64,000 nucleotides of DNA, from positions 80,104,001 through 80,168,000 of the forward strand of contig CM097885.1 in the NCBI GenBank assembly GCA_044892525.1, in the 5' to 3' direction. Below, one piece after another: positions 58,101 to 64,000 of this stretch (positions within the stretch are counted from its first letter, which is position 1; every line of letters begins with the position of its first letter). Origin of the DNA: Schmidtea polychroa. Lineage: Eukaryota. The notes beneath the pieces are model-generated. The model worked only from the letters and a program-made list of their open reading frames with translations, was not told the origin of the DNA and did no database searches. Made by a program: the position numbers and the translations under genes.

Positions 58101-59081
58101 CTGTGGTGGTCGTTGTTGTTGACCCCTTTCTCGGCAATCTCTGGAGATGTGACCTGGCTGACCACAGTTAAAACAACCTCTCAATTGGCATACATTTTCG
58201 GTATGTCCACGCCGTCCGCAACGATTACAATTTGAATTTCTATAACAATCTCTGTCCCAGTGTCCTGGTTTACCACATGTTCGGCACTGCTTGTTATCGT
58301 TCATATTTCGTCGATTATTAAAATTGTTCTCATTATTCAGGTTGTTACGATTACCATTATTCCCATTTGATCGTCCTTGTGGTGGTTTGAAAATTTGATG
58401 CGCTCCTGGTATAAATTGATTCATTTTCGGTTCTTGATTGTTGTTATCTCTGTTATCCGCTTTCGCTATTGCTGTCGCTATCCTCCCATCCTCTTGCATA
58501 ATATTCATTTGTGCTGGAAGGTGGAGCTCGCATCTTGTAGCCCAATCTATGGCTTCTTCTAACGTTTTGCACATCTGACAGCCTACGGAGGCTCTTACCT
58601 CTTCTCTGCGTAATCCCTCTATGAAATAACCGATCAGATTTTCTTCTGGTAATTTCCCATTCATTGCTTTCTTTGCCAATCTCCGCAATTCGCTGGCATA
58701 TAACGTAATGGATTCATTTGCTCTTTGTTTCCTATTTGCTAGTTCGCCCAACGCCTGGTTGATTGGCTTACTGGCTCCGAAGGTTTTCTTCAGGAATGTT
58801 TTGATATCTTCCCATTTTTCTAATTTCGTATCTCTCTCTTTAGCTTCTAAATAAACTTCTAATGCGCTATCGCACAAAAACAACGGCATCCTTTTACTAA
58901 TTGCTTCGGGTGTCCATCCACACACAGTGATATAAACTTCAAAATTAGTTATGAACGTTGCTAACTTGTTTGCATTTCCGTTGAACGGTTCTCCTCGGAA
59001 CTTTTCTTTATACTCGTCGGTTTTTACGGCATTCGTCATGATTGGTGTTCTAGATTCGTCTGTTTCTTTTAAATTATCCAA
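45192..59081 (-). CDS. gag-env-pol: Giant polyprotein Gag-UBLx3-Bcl2-Env-PR-RT-RH-IN-Ankyrin-membrane protein (4629 aa from TTG; first ATG at 59039)
   Basis: Uninterrupted ORF; domain motifs are listed in the sub-features. Confidence 0.97.
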   Translation of the reverse strand: MDNLKETDESRTPIMTNAVKTDEYKEKFRGEPFNGNANKLATFITNFEVYITVCGWTPEAISKRMPLFLCDSALEVYLEAKERDTKLEKWEDIKTFLKKTFGASKPINQALGELANRKQRANESITLYASELRRLAKKAMNGKLPEENLIGYFIEGLRREEVRASVGCQMCKTLEEAIDWATRCELHLPAQMNIMQEDGRIATAIAKADNRDNNNQEPKMNQFIPGAHQIFKPPQGRSNGNNGNRNNLNNENNFNNRRNMNDNKQCRTCGKPGHWDRDCYRNSNCNRCGRRGHTENVCQLRGCFNCGQPGHISRDCRERGQQQRPPQRNNNYIANPQRQSNPNEGKQMNVMQEISQMKQMMQQMMRPRQESAPQQTQNIRMMRSTENLNNYEVHQHVQEWQRLQAEEERIKQERNQQRQEQPLRINMMKLVKDMKSQYCYNYGKNPRVVPMTEPEKVKETTTEMKTENSTTILKGNQRIQKIFWKKIKDKIEKEHNKAKTETEDENNKSKEQTSQLNHQMLQELESEETTIFERKKLKRVPRMRNLHINMMKRIKSTSSSDEDYVSSLSGEMLQLNEISEPPKGEIKEEEGESEITSESEDEDIEIKLRKEREEAIKQVAEILPVVVRNQEFIDVIPFRRFVQKVMKLERNKEDLIPSEEKLIIKKYMEKMKQADTTRYVIKIGTSRGLERIWIKNTVTDELFDWIREHLGSSRKKEYLYQYQGEQIKPDMHLVDALIWPGETQILKLHKEKQPANLYEWAKDAKAEYDFNIKLKLEQIKQCTLRRNLDKLIKQIQEQVEDNWDLLITRRAPAMYELMSRLRDTELLRMSDWRTINLIHKYGRLKETQPQRLEITIWLPNEEKRRIKMSNQSKVDDLVSKINQEITEKVRSESSDGMVDDVVMMYDKIILRAEDDTSLSEMGMWDDHQIIRIVPMDEFRTRDVTYQKEIRDRMKTLYQKSTEIIEIHQQWLKEKELQGKITKLSTRSCRRTPWERVWNAENKEWEIRKGIVVETDIGGTESESEEEEEGPPEYEEEAKGQTSDDESETDVTSESENEARHIHAMRKKEREYADMDGEEATEAREREEKERYKQLGDILAIGAKNQKRQVVALANIILKTSENIHNLRGMAKAIEEYRQYNEWYPEQLEQIIRKWRNQEWAQDTQERYHIRIKYPDKSTEELKVHPTTKIRELKKKLAYETPFQLQLFGKLLDDNADVGITPMRLEETNVLTMAETLGKPLKRKSKINKPTKGSLSTPSPNKAPSKSNETEEVEEIILEDSDDEPGERSPLLVRWPTGAEMWTNNQPSTSYQQPTKLNIGEIIDNTTETETDEQFKKQREPTRISPEGQTDKIIDEWNEWLRNNDSSLPRTDNERNPQYENTREAGTMMEKRAKGRPKKQGEKSELKTKEQLKQEQGQVRLEKLDKIVWDLKEAQPTIERGEKWIRELIKDMLIITNPQLRRLWQRKVASVEARQLWHIVAGIIPKLIKKKTKTTKTDWDETKRVIEQLTTNANDDEHHLVVITYLMYNLMGLAARKIPNKQFANHVEMTISIIENTIEPHIIRAGGWKRLIQAPRKNEQERSMQVRLKKLLNELEWELPMKDPASRKASINSLMMTMMIWMLCTSGATGFTIYDCDNMIMRDKYSLRDIEECRQASPNKLDIVRTKVTYHVYQESDFIRTQARECVVSKKVLAYYCGQYSYSTLILPGLDKEIVSIQREDCKELFRTGALKMHNGVTIHGQTGMIKTESVYVSGKVKSSDGSCNGGTYTIRGEVISGEVVIESYTVELKEYEAQFDANNYQMKTNPACRATENVCRTGVSTIIYEANTQKCRLQLLKSALFNEVKGEIYENENDEDGNDRVRMRNGKPMPPSPREKRLSTQKTPTALITDDPDLGMRFIKEKETTKCDSIVYKTNYAGIYMSRQIIDRAVGKIATEDVKLYLYANNKMDFLFHRGQTTLQKVYYDLIQNDCSLNKEILKTKLAIAITHPDNTMPSLPLPDGHFGRMVGEVMYTYQCTKTYARMPEKSILPEKRCANELEIRYKGQNRFVQPVTRIMNPVGFYPNLFNCSNAYGPLYERPDGKWMMLPGKTISEEPKKFGLIELATELDFKPIDVSNGGMYSPEDLETARLNVLFPARRESILSNMVTITGGTNYQSGPNYELLLSPDHFQQATSNMMKAMWGRFLVFGQMMAGILGIILIIQIVRVILTQMLACFDIYKREKKVNWKMIVGFLPFLAKTMVLHGHSKDIHRIKRLIKILTKIKGTDEEVGRRFRKVMYDEATRRQLKKNKPKFLDRFRSQSSNSDSDDDDNGNDKCLYPNRNPNEKPIETAPYWEKEKTNTWIANGSYIPPDIVGPQTALTMTQNMYPQLPSQPGMHYMPTRRTKSVDQADDVRTIAAMSLPGGPAVTVMIQINGKETNAMIDTGANVSAIAINQIPSKHWKDIESTTIHIIACSKETVDVVGRWWTTLRYQDNEIETYLAVIPKLSVPCIIGTDLMPELLKEVVIDLTTMCLKDKTSRICKMNAVIRCPEKIIVPAKSQMICQIKVDTGMEGEVIFEPSKSFEKRRELPLAREIITINQEGVIPLNITNFEEEDKIIYENERLGKLTPMINIELPKVTNEMTKDDELWTIDSTLLTDDEKRKLHRLLVEYKDIFAISDLDLGTCDVTLHAIPLIDETPIALRPYKLAEMQKEIAEAEVQKMLDAKVIEPSCSPWQFPVVMVKKKDGTQRFCIDYRKLNAVTKRDTYPLPDINEMLLTLQGAAYFTSLDLKSGYWQIKVKDEDKEKTAFTLGRDLYQFRKMPFGLTNAPASFQRCMNFVTHGIKQCMVYIDDLLIYSATFEQHLEDIRNVFIRLRQWKLKLKPSKCDWAKEKVTFLGHIVSAKGKEPDPRNIEKIKTCPAPKTVSQVQEFLGLCGYYRKFIKNYAGIAKPIQELVKKDISFIWGKEQQEAFETLRDKLIEAPILVHPDFKKPFLLATDASGYAAGAILGQLDDDGKERVIGYYSRTFKKHEKNYSVTEREALAIIQAIKHFRYLLWGHEICITTDHQPLVWLGQHKEASSRLMRWAMQLQEYSPFIKFKAGRANANADCMSRFIFPDLVDSEMQRICLIVAEDLDFCQLRKDQQEDVELKRIIDYVKTGKTEEYAKDQKLKEHMDKHRHRYIIEKDWLLIMDGEKRLMCVPENRRKDLLTQYHDGRLGGHMSSKKTLARMKQKYFWPTLTEDVSEWVKNCLTCATRKNTGSKWKAPLTPMPVPIEPMTMISMDVVGPLPESDKGNVYILVITDFLTKFPEAFAMPDQKAKTIAKILVEEICCRYGTPKQILTDQGTNFMSEIMSEVTNYFKIAKLRTSPYHPQTNGMTERFNGTLIQMLSNYVDRHQRDWDEYINLCLMAYRMSIHASTKMSPFKLMYGRECNMPMDLEYQPPISQYMEIDDYVTKFKERMQEIWETAGLNIKFYQESYKDLHDRKKNVKQHTFQTGDWVMIETPELIPGTTKKLQRNGKGPYEILFVGETNVRVKLVNNPFTRPIYVNVARCKSIPKTATSQPEGRTLTTRSQTYRMNMMQQLAEPTTGRLGIQPSEAEKIVKEVKIKIPGWAKDRLDFEILGGLLTMIENYANRERTHPLLRVVKSQWPILFTITDHYGDTPLHKLMKVGNNEQILETIEAFHDCKRSTEQENNQGYTPLMIAVNRGKTKDIITALLDTGSKITTQDHEQKNALHHAIEGKSTEAFTSLMELLSYEDNREVGNMYDGLLTAIKEKLTTITGILITWRNPFKNDYMINVNEAFTRGENTLMREAMKGHHLFEIPNQLLERGIKFTNHKDEQLAKKRIDTFEKSLFQFTNQVRNKYWETVSVLYMMDTMNTIRENYLDIIQILTAEERINNPNGKKTKIRYGKSREPKSTTNQTVTNNVIETKSMSIDQEAIIRKAKEVFFEEMLELSDEIILSKIIKAVHTYARDQTTGLDIGKIKTFLPRAFTMVTKDSRTPLQQAILAAKENRAITIMRILGDMGEETNTKNEQGETAMMYAAITKIHPKTLHILHQSGSRLDEKSNEGNSTMDWATIQPNLEMIRFICKNATKEEVENICKNTAQFQWNTVRKNLEAMKLLLTWRVPQSNKYAININEFYENGENAMVKNTLTKGGTPKIILIVLNREDLKFTQNQSEQQRIGKHRRIQLRELVKEWNRKRHAATGRKEFEFEAKLARNRVLTAYRRLLNDINVEDDILNDSGGDKHDDNDGKGRKEDKEKREPEEDKPKNKDSDTKREGNSPGTKTKEEEKPNNGKQRVCLPFTNKEIETNMILMIIMLTMIELVTAHGGTRTIKETKEAENQDGKMEELKQEKKKQAQEQQWDLKEEWDLKERCILGRCMSRAYQKLVLINEDTEPITEVRIQEAYRNRDGKRITNVKGKEVHLGKGGEVVITQLQPRKEHKVCISRLGPGERCHQYVTQQQPPKEYTVCIWRNESKRECRRYPGKRGKKRKNHDEKDEGGKHKKTGEEAQDNYVSEEEMEKIQKMAKEGMNEEIARIREMMKGNGKRGNEKSTEAISTLTNKEKPESISVKQMMWISGIIITGAFLIIMGGTIKIIKDKRHRGELEMTRIRNFQHRVKRPSDIKPEQWVEAWNAQRPPNSRI
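46700..48180 (-). other. Polyprotein domain: two ankyrin-repeat clusters
   Basis: GDTPLH, GYTPLMIAV, QKNALHHAI; RTPLQQAI, GETAMMYAA, GNSTMDWA; duplicated flank L.TWR.P..N.Y.IN.NE....GEN. Confidence 0.88.
48480..51870 (-). other. pol: Polyprotein domains: protease (about 51540-51870), RT (about 50300-51060), RNase H (about 49790-50170), integrase with GPY/F tail (about 48480-49510)
   Basis: AMIDTGANVSAI; PFGLTNAPASFQ; YIDD at 50587-50598; LATDASG; HHCC, MDVVGPLP, TDQGTNF, HPQTNGMTERFN, GPY. Confidence 0.97.
52350..54195 (-). other. env: Polyprotein domain: chuvirus/gB-type envelope glycoprotein
   Basis: IYDC..YSLRDIEEC; YYCGQYS; CSLNKEIL..ITHPD; GEVMYTYQC; CANELEIRY..FVQPVTRI; furin-like REKR near 53452-53463; TM near 52460-52545. 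Confidence 0.85.
54370..54760 (-). other. Polyprotein domain: Bcl-2-like
   Basis: BH2-like IENTIEPHIIRAGGWKRL preceded by amphipathic helices; same position as the Bcl-2-like domain of element A. Confidence 0.72.
55380..57057 (-). other. Polyprotein domains: three ubiquitin-like folds, each preceded by a helical segment
   Basis: UBL1 about 56830-57057 (LYQYQGEQIKPDMHLVD), UBL2 about 56280-56535 (MMYDKIILRAEDDTSLSEMGM), UBL3 about 55380-55590 (HPTTKIRELKKKL..LQLFGKLLDDN). Confidence 0.7.
58000..59039 (-). other. gag: Polyprotein domain: Gag capsid plus three CCHC knuckles
   Basis: MPLFLCDSALEVY, RKQRANESITLYASEL; CRTCGKPGHWDRDC, CNRCGRRGHTENVC, CFNCGQPGHISRDC (about 58135-58290). Confidence 0.93.
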
Positions 59082-60401
59082 GGATGTGACTAAACTTTGG
59101 GCTGCTAGTTCTTCGGTTGACGTTGCTAAACTATTAGTTATGTCGGACAGACTTTCTCTGCTTCGAGATCGACTAGGGGTATATCCGAGATTTTCTTGGT
59201 CAAATATGGGTACTTGATTGGTTCTTCTTGATCCTTGTGATATTCCTCTTTGATGTTTAATAGATCGTCCTCTTTTGAGTTGTTGTAATTCTTCTCCTGA
59301 AAATAATACGTCTCCTGGCTTACTTGAAGATCTAAGATTGGGTTTATCCGTGATTCCTTTCTTACGCTTCTTGGTAATTAGCGGCTACTGAATCGGACGA
59401 GTTCGGATCTGATTGCGTTTCCTTCGAAAAGTATCCTGTATGAATCTGTTACTGAGATCCTGAGGAGATTTACTAGTCCTTGGCAGATGGCTGCTAATAC
59501 TATGAGGTTGAATATATCGGTGATTCGTTCGAAGTTGGAGATGTCGCTATCTGTATCTTCTTCCGTTCTGGAGTCTTCTGGTTGCTGTGTTTCTCGGTGC
59601 GGGTTCTGAATGGATTTATTCTTGGTCGATTGTCGATTTCCTCGAATTCCTTTTGTGCAGGTTCTGGATTATCTTGGTTGACTGGATTGGTTTGATATCT
59701 AAAATGAAAAAATGATCTCGTGTTGCATTTGCTTACACGACTTCATCATTCTTTCTACAACATTCAAACACAGACACCTTTTAGGTTTCTGTTTGTGCTT
59801 CCCCTATCTTTTGTGAACTCCTTTCCGCGGTTTATAATTTCCCATCAGCCCGTATTTTCCGTCGATTTTAAATTATCTATATGGGGTAGTAACAATTATC
59901 TATAAAGTCGTAATAATTATCTATTCGTTATCAATTATAGTAAAAATAGGTCGTTGTCGGTCTCTGCTTATTACCCCCCTTCGTTTTCCTCTTCCTTTGC
60001 GCTGTTGTCGCTATTTTACTTTTCACATTTACTATTATCCCACTCGGTTCTACTCTGAAACCGATAAAAATACATTTTCCCGGTTTAACCAAAAAAAATA
60101 TTCCGTAGAGTTTCTCTACTTCACTGGGATCCCTTTAATTAGTTGGTTACTTTCCTCTTTACTCATTATCATCGTTCGCCTATTCTTTATTCTCCATTAT
60201 CTCTTTAATTCGTTTCCTTCTTCCCTTTCCTTTTTCATTATAATCTTATTATCTTTTCCACGAGCTCGTTTATTTCCTCTCCAAACTCAAATTTTCGTAA
60301 TTATCTTTAATTTGTTTCTATCTAGCTTTAATATTCCTTTTCTCTATTAATTTAAATATTATTTCATTGTAGCTTAACTGCTATTTCTCATTTTTCTAGG
60401 C

Positions 60402-60845
60402 CTTTACGACTGGCTGGCACTATTCAACAGCTCAATCTTCTTCCTTCTGATCGGTTGGGCTTTTCACAACTCGACCTTACGACTGGCTGGCACTATTCAA
60501 CAGCTCAATCTTCCTCCTTCTGATCGGTTGGACTATTCAACAACTCGATCTTACGACTGGCTGGCACTATTCAACAGCTCAATCTTCCTCTTTCTGATCG
60601 GTTGGACTATTCAACAACTCGATCTTACGACTGGCTGGCACTATTCAACAGCTCAATCTTCCTCCTTCTGATCGGTTGGACTATTCAACAACTCGATCTT
60701 ACGACTGGCTGGCACTATTCAACAGCTCAATCTTCCTCCTTCTGATCGGTTGGACTATTCAACAACTCGATCTTACGACTGGCTGGCACTATTCAACAGC
60801 CCAATCTTCCTCCTTCTGATCGGTTGGACTATTCAACAACTCGAT
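60402..60845. repeat. Tandem array of six 74-bp units in the leader of B
   Basis: Units start near 60402, 60476, 60550, 60624, 60698 and 60772 (CTTACGACTGGCTGGCACTATTCAACAGCTC...GGTTGGACTATTCAACAACTCGAT); degenerate half-units continue to about 60925. Confidence 0.95.
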
Positions 60846-61461
60846 CTTAATATCTCCGAACTGGCTGGACTTTTCACAGCTCAGTTTTCGTTTTCCTTGA
60901 CCGGCTGGACTATTCTACAGCTCGGCTTTAACATTCCTTACTCTGCATGCTTCTACTTCTCTTTTCTTCTTTTACTCAAGATTACCATTTTCTCTGTCTA
61001 CCTTTAATTTGTCGACTTAATCTTTACCGCTTGGGAGTGTTTTCCCCTTTCTCCCCTTGCTCACAACGCATTGGCATGGTGATCAGTCATGCCGTAGAAA
61101 CTTCTCATCATTTGCGATGGTACCCCGTCCTACGCTTCTCACTTAGGTTGATCGGTTATCCCCTCCCAATTGGTTTTATCGTAAGATAGAACGTACCGCC
61201 CTAAGGTGGCTCGGTTTGTACCCTTACGGCCTATATTGGGACTAATTCCACGTTAGTTCGGTTTTCTTTTCGTTTGATTCAAAACAAAAAAATTATAAAA
61301 TATAATTAAAAGCCATAATTACTCAGTTCACAACAAAAATTTATTCACCATAAAAAATAAAAATTAAAACTTTAATCCATTTTCACACATCAATTACACT
61401 TATTCTCATTCAATAGCCGTGTAAATTCAATGTTCATAGATGTTACTGTATCTTTCACTAT

Positions 61462-61947
61462 TCATTCACCATAATAGACCATATGAGTTTCTTTTATCTC
61501 GTGCTTACATATCGTGCATCTTTTTAGCTCGTTCCCGCATTCTTCGCAGTGACTGAGGTGTCCACACGGCAAAAACAGTACGCGAATAGGACGAAGTTTA
61601 CAAGCAAGGCAAGTTCGTAGTAGAGTCAGTTTTTCTTGTATTTTCCGCTCGATTGTATCTGATATGGTATTTAAGGGATCTTTTATACGTTGATAATCAA
61701 GATTTAATGCTGGGTGGTTCAATCTCTCTTGATACCATTGGTACACGGTTTCCGGGTTTACCTTCCCATCTGGGTGACTTAGTCCTGTGGCTAATAACAT
61801 GTGGTTGGGAACGGCTGGTGTTTGCCCGATTGCTTGGAGTAATATGATGTTAATTCTTTCTCTCTTTTGTGTCAGCGTTTTAAGGGAGTCATTCTCGATG
61901 TTTATGAAGTTGATTAGTTGTTGTATCTGGTCTACGAATTCCGTCAT
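61462..61947 (-). CDS. IAP/MDM2-type C-terminal RING protein, 161 aa, upstream of gag
   Basis: CLACKLRPIRVLFLPCGHLSHCEECGNELKRCTICKHEI at the extreme C-terminus; acceptor TTTTTTTTAATAG 2 nt before the ATG; no BIR motif. Confidence 0.85.
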   Translation of the reverse strand: MTEFVDQIQQLINFINIENDSLKTLTQKRERINIILLQAIGQTPAVPNHMLLATGLSHPDGKVNPETVYQWYQERLNHPALNLDYQRIKDPLNTISDTIERKIQEKLTLLRTCLACKLRPIRVLFLPCGHLSHCEECGNELKRCTICKHEIKETHMVYYGE

Positions 61948-62257
61948 GTCTATTAAAAAAAATGTTTCAATAATATATAACTAATTAGTGGTTGTTTCCT
62001 CAAACATTCTCTTTTTTTAACTCGTTATCATTATTTTACTTTTATCTTATTTCTCCATCATTAAATTTGCTTTATTTATATTTTTAATTTTATTATTTTC
62101 TATTCGTGATTTATAATAAGATTCGATAAGCATTAGCCAATTTGCCCTCGCTAACCCATTGAAATCACTAACCCCGGTAAGTTCACTCTATTCGACAGAA
62201 ATTTACTCAATAACATCCCTATCCAGTTTACACTAGTCAATAGAAATTTCAATCTAA

Positions 62258-62275
62258 ATCCCGGCTGAGCCCCCA
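62258..62275 (-). promoter_or_regulatory. Primer-binding site, tRNA-Pro-like
   Basis: rc TGGGGGCTCAGCCGGGAT, 7 nt after the LTR end. The + strand AAATCCCGGCTGAGCCCCCA resembles the tRNA-Pro 3' end as I recall it (AAATCCCGGACGAGCCCCCA). Confidence 0.85.
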
Positions 62276-62282
62276 AAAATTA

Positions 62283-64000
62283 TGTTGCGGGTACACTCGG
62301 ATGACCCCTTTCTAGTGCAGCTTTAGTCTAGAGGATGAATGCCCACCTCAATTTCGCCCGTCATTTATTTGGTCATCGCCGAGCGGGACCCGCACATAAC
62401 CTACACTCCAACATAGCACCCGTGAATTGCTTCACGTTGGAACTGTGCTATGCCGGCGAGACGCCAGTAAGCAGGTGAGCCAGCTCCTTCGGACTACTCC
62501 TTACTGAGGCCTCGACTTTCCAACCCTGACTGCCGATAGAAGGACTTACGTCTACTCATTCCGTCGCCCCATCGCAATGTTTCTAGCTGAGTTTGCCAAC
62601 TGACTAATGCTCCTCATAATTTTGTGACTCTCAATACCATTTACCAATTTCAACTCAACTGTCCTAAGATGAACATAAAAAACGTATACAGACAAAAATG
62701 GTTTATTATTAAGATTATCACACAAATATATTTGACACCTATACAATAAAATTCACGACAACAGGAAAAGAGACAAAGGTAAAAATGTTATCAGACAATG
62801 TTCGGGTCATTTCAGTGAACGAAAACCTTTTACGGAGAAGTTCTCATTTCTCCCACTCCGAGTCTGCCAATAGATCTTCCAAATCGAAAAATTCGGAGGC
62901 ATTTTCCTCCCAGGTTACACCAGCGGCGGAGATGATTCGCCCTGAGATCACTGATGCTAGATCGATTGCTGCAGGAGGGTTGATGACTTTGATTGGATGA
63001 TCCGACGACTTCCGGTTCTGTTTGGCGGTTACGCGTTCCCGCTGTTTCTTTTTGCGTTCGGCTCTCGATAATTGCCGACGCTTTGGCTTCGATGCCGTTT
63101 GATTGGTCGGGGGTGCTGCAGAGGTAGATGCCATCGCAGGTAGCACTTTACTGGTTCCGGTAAAGATGATTTCTGGTTCTTTAGGTGAGAGCTCGGTCTC
63201 TACGCACCCATGGCAGGACTTTCCGACTGGAGCTGAAAACCCGCCAGAGATATCATGATGTGCTGGGAAAAGATTACTGGCTTCATTAATTGGGATCTTC
63301 GCGATCTTCCTTGTAGTTGCTGCCTGGACGTATAATTTGTGTAGCGCCTCCGACTGCTCTTTTATCAGGCTCCTCTGCGCCCGACTCTCCGAAATTAACG
63401 CGTCTCTACAGTGCTCGCTTCGGTGCAGCTTCTTCTGAGCCTCCTTCATCTGGGTGGGACTAAACCATGTCCCCTCTAACTCATCTATCCTTCTTTTGTG
63501 CTTTCCGATTTGGGCCTGGAGCTCTTTGATAATTGAATTCTTGTCGGAGCAAGAAAAACAAGGTCGAAGAACGGTCTTGGAATTTGGCAACATTTTGAGT
63601 GACTGCGGAGAAAAATAAAAAAAAATGAAAATAATTAGATCAACGGGAGTGTCACCATCTGACTACATTCATACTTTACTGATCATAGACAAAAATATGG
63701 GTTTACCAGTCAAGACAAGTCCTACTACGCGATGGATTCTCGTACCCTTTCGGGGCTTTAATTATAAGAAGTTAAATCGATCAAACCAGATTTCGCACAA
63801 GGAAAAAGGAAGATATTACTATTTGTGAGAGGAATTCTAGGTCTATGAAAATGATTATTTATTTACTCCGCTTGGGGTCATTATTTCACGTTTACCGAGA
63901 ATCGATTTAAATTGTCGACTTCTCCCCCCGTACGAGTGTTTTTAATGAGTGCATCATGTACTGGGGTCGAGTGACTATCTATGGAAAAGGGGTCCATAAT
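62283..64000 (-). repeat. 5' LTR of B (partial)
   Basis: Near-identical to 35957-37674; I noticed one substitution (ttatca at about 36317 vs ttacca at about 62643). Confidence 0.95.
62844..63593 (-). CDS. LTR-encoded 249-aa protein; 5' LTR copy
   Basis: Translation is identical to 36518-37267. Confidence 0.7.
   Translation of the reverse strand: MLPNSKTVLRPCFSCSDKNSIIKELQAQIGKHKRRIDELEGTWFSPTQMKEAQKKLHRSEHCRDALISESRAQRSLIKEQSEALHKLYVQAATTRKIAKIPINEASNLFPAHHDISGGFSAPVGKSCHGCVETELSPKEPEIIFTGTSKVLPAMASTSAAPPTNQTASKPKRRQLSRAERKKKQRERVTAKQNRKSSDHPIKVINPPAAIDLASVISGRIISAAGVTWEENASEFFDLEDLLADSEWEK

Larger units (their letters stand above)
35957..64000 (-). mobile_element. Giant (about 30.5 kb predicted) env-bearing Ty3/gypsy LTR retroelement (B), Burro-like, apparently intact; 5' LTR runs off the window
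   Basis: Direct repeats start TGTTGCGGG at 35957 and 62283; PBS; uninterrupted 4629-aa ORF with PR-RT-RH-IN in gypsy order. Confidence 0.95.

Noticed and set aside
45250-59217. Many plus-strand ORFs overlapping the polyprotein and accessory genes
   Set aside because: Antisense shadows of A-rich coding sequence (S/F/L-rich) with no domain motifs.
60402-60845. CRISPR-like regularly spaced repeats
   Set aside because: Units are contiguous near-identical tandem copies with no unique spacers, no cas genes are present, and the context is eukaryotic.
61462-61947. Full IAP gene with BIR domain
   Set aside because: No CX2CX16HX6C BIR pattern in this ORF or nearby frames.

Overview
AT-rich eukaryotic window from a gapped assembly (4 N-runs), almost entirely transposon-derived. 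The host is inferred to be a triclad flatworm, because the main element resembles the giant 'Burro' LTR elements I recall being reported from Schmidtea mediterranea; this needs verification. (B) A very young giant Ty3/gypsy element on the minus strand, 35957 to beyond 64000 (about 30.5 kb predicted, with LTRs of about 4.2 kb and a tRNA-Pro PBS). Its single 4.6-kaa polyprotein runs Gag(3xCCHC) - 3x ubiquitin-like - Bcl-2-like - chuvirus/gB-type envelope glycoprotein - protease - RT - RNase H - integrase - ankyrin repeats - type I membrane protein. It also carries separate cargo ORFs: a full-length TRAF, an IAP-type RING protein, coiled-coil and membrane proteins, and a 249-aa protein inside the LTR. 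(A) A compact relative on the plus strand (16939 to about 27045; 805-bp LTRs, tRNA-Trp-like PBS). It has the same UBL-Bcl-2-Env-protease cassette, an in-frame loss of RT-RNaseH-integrase, and an FN3-like membrane protein. (D) A decayed sibling of B at 1-3208. Also present: a deleted Ty3/gypsy element with TSD (27746-31484) containing a hAT MITE, a complete but frameshifted Tigger/pogo transposon (14153-16653) inside an older LTR, a DUP-TRP/INV-DUP rearrangement, and one apparent host gene, an intronless compact TOPBP1-like ORF (9333-12107). The main candidate system is an enveloped, virus-like retroelement lineage with env embedded between gag and pol and a captured cell-death/NF-kB toolkit.
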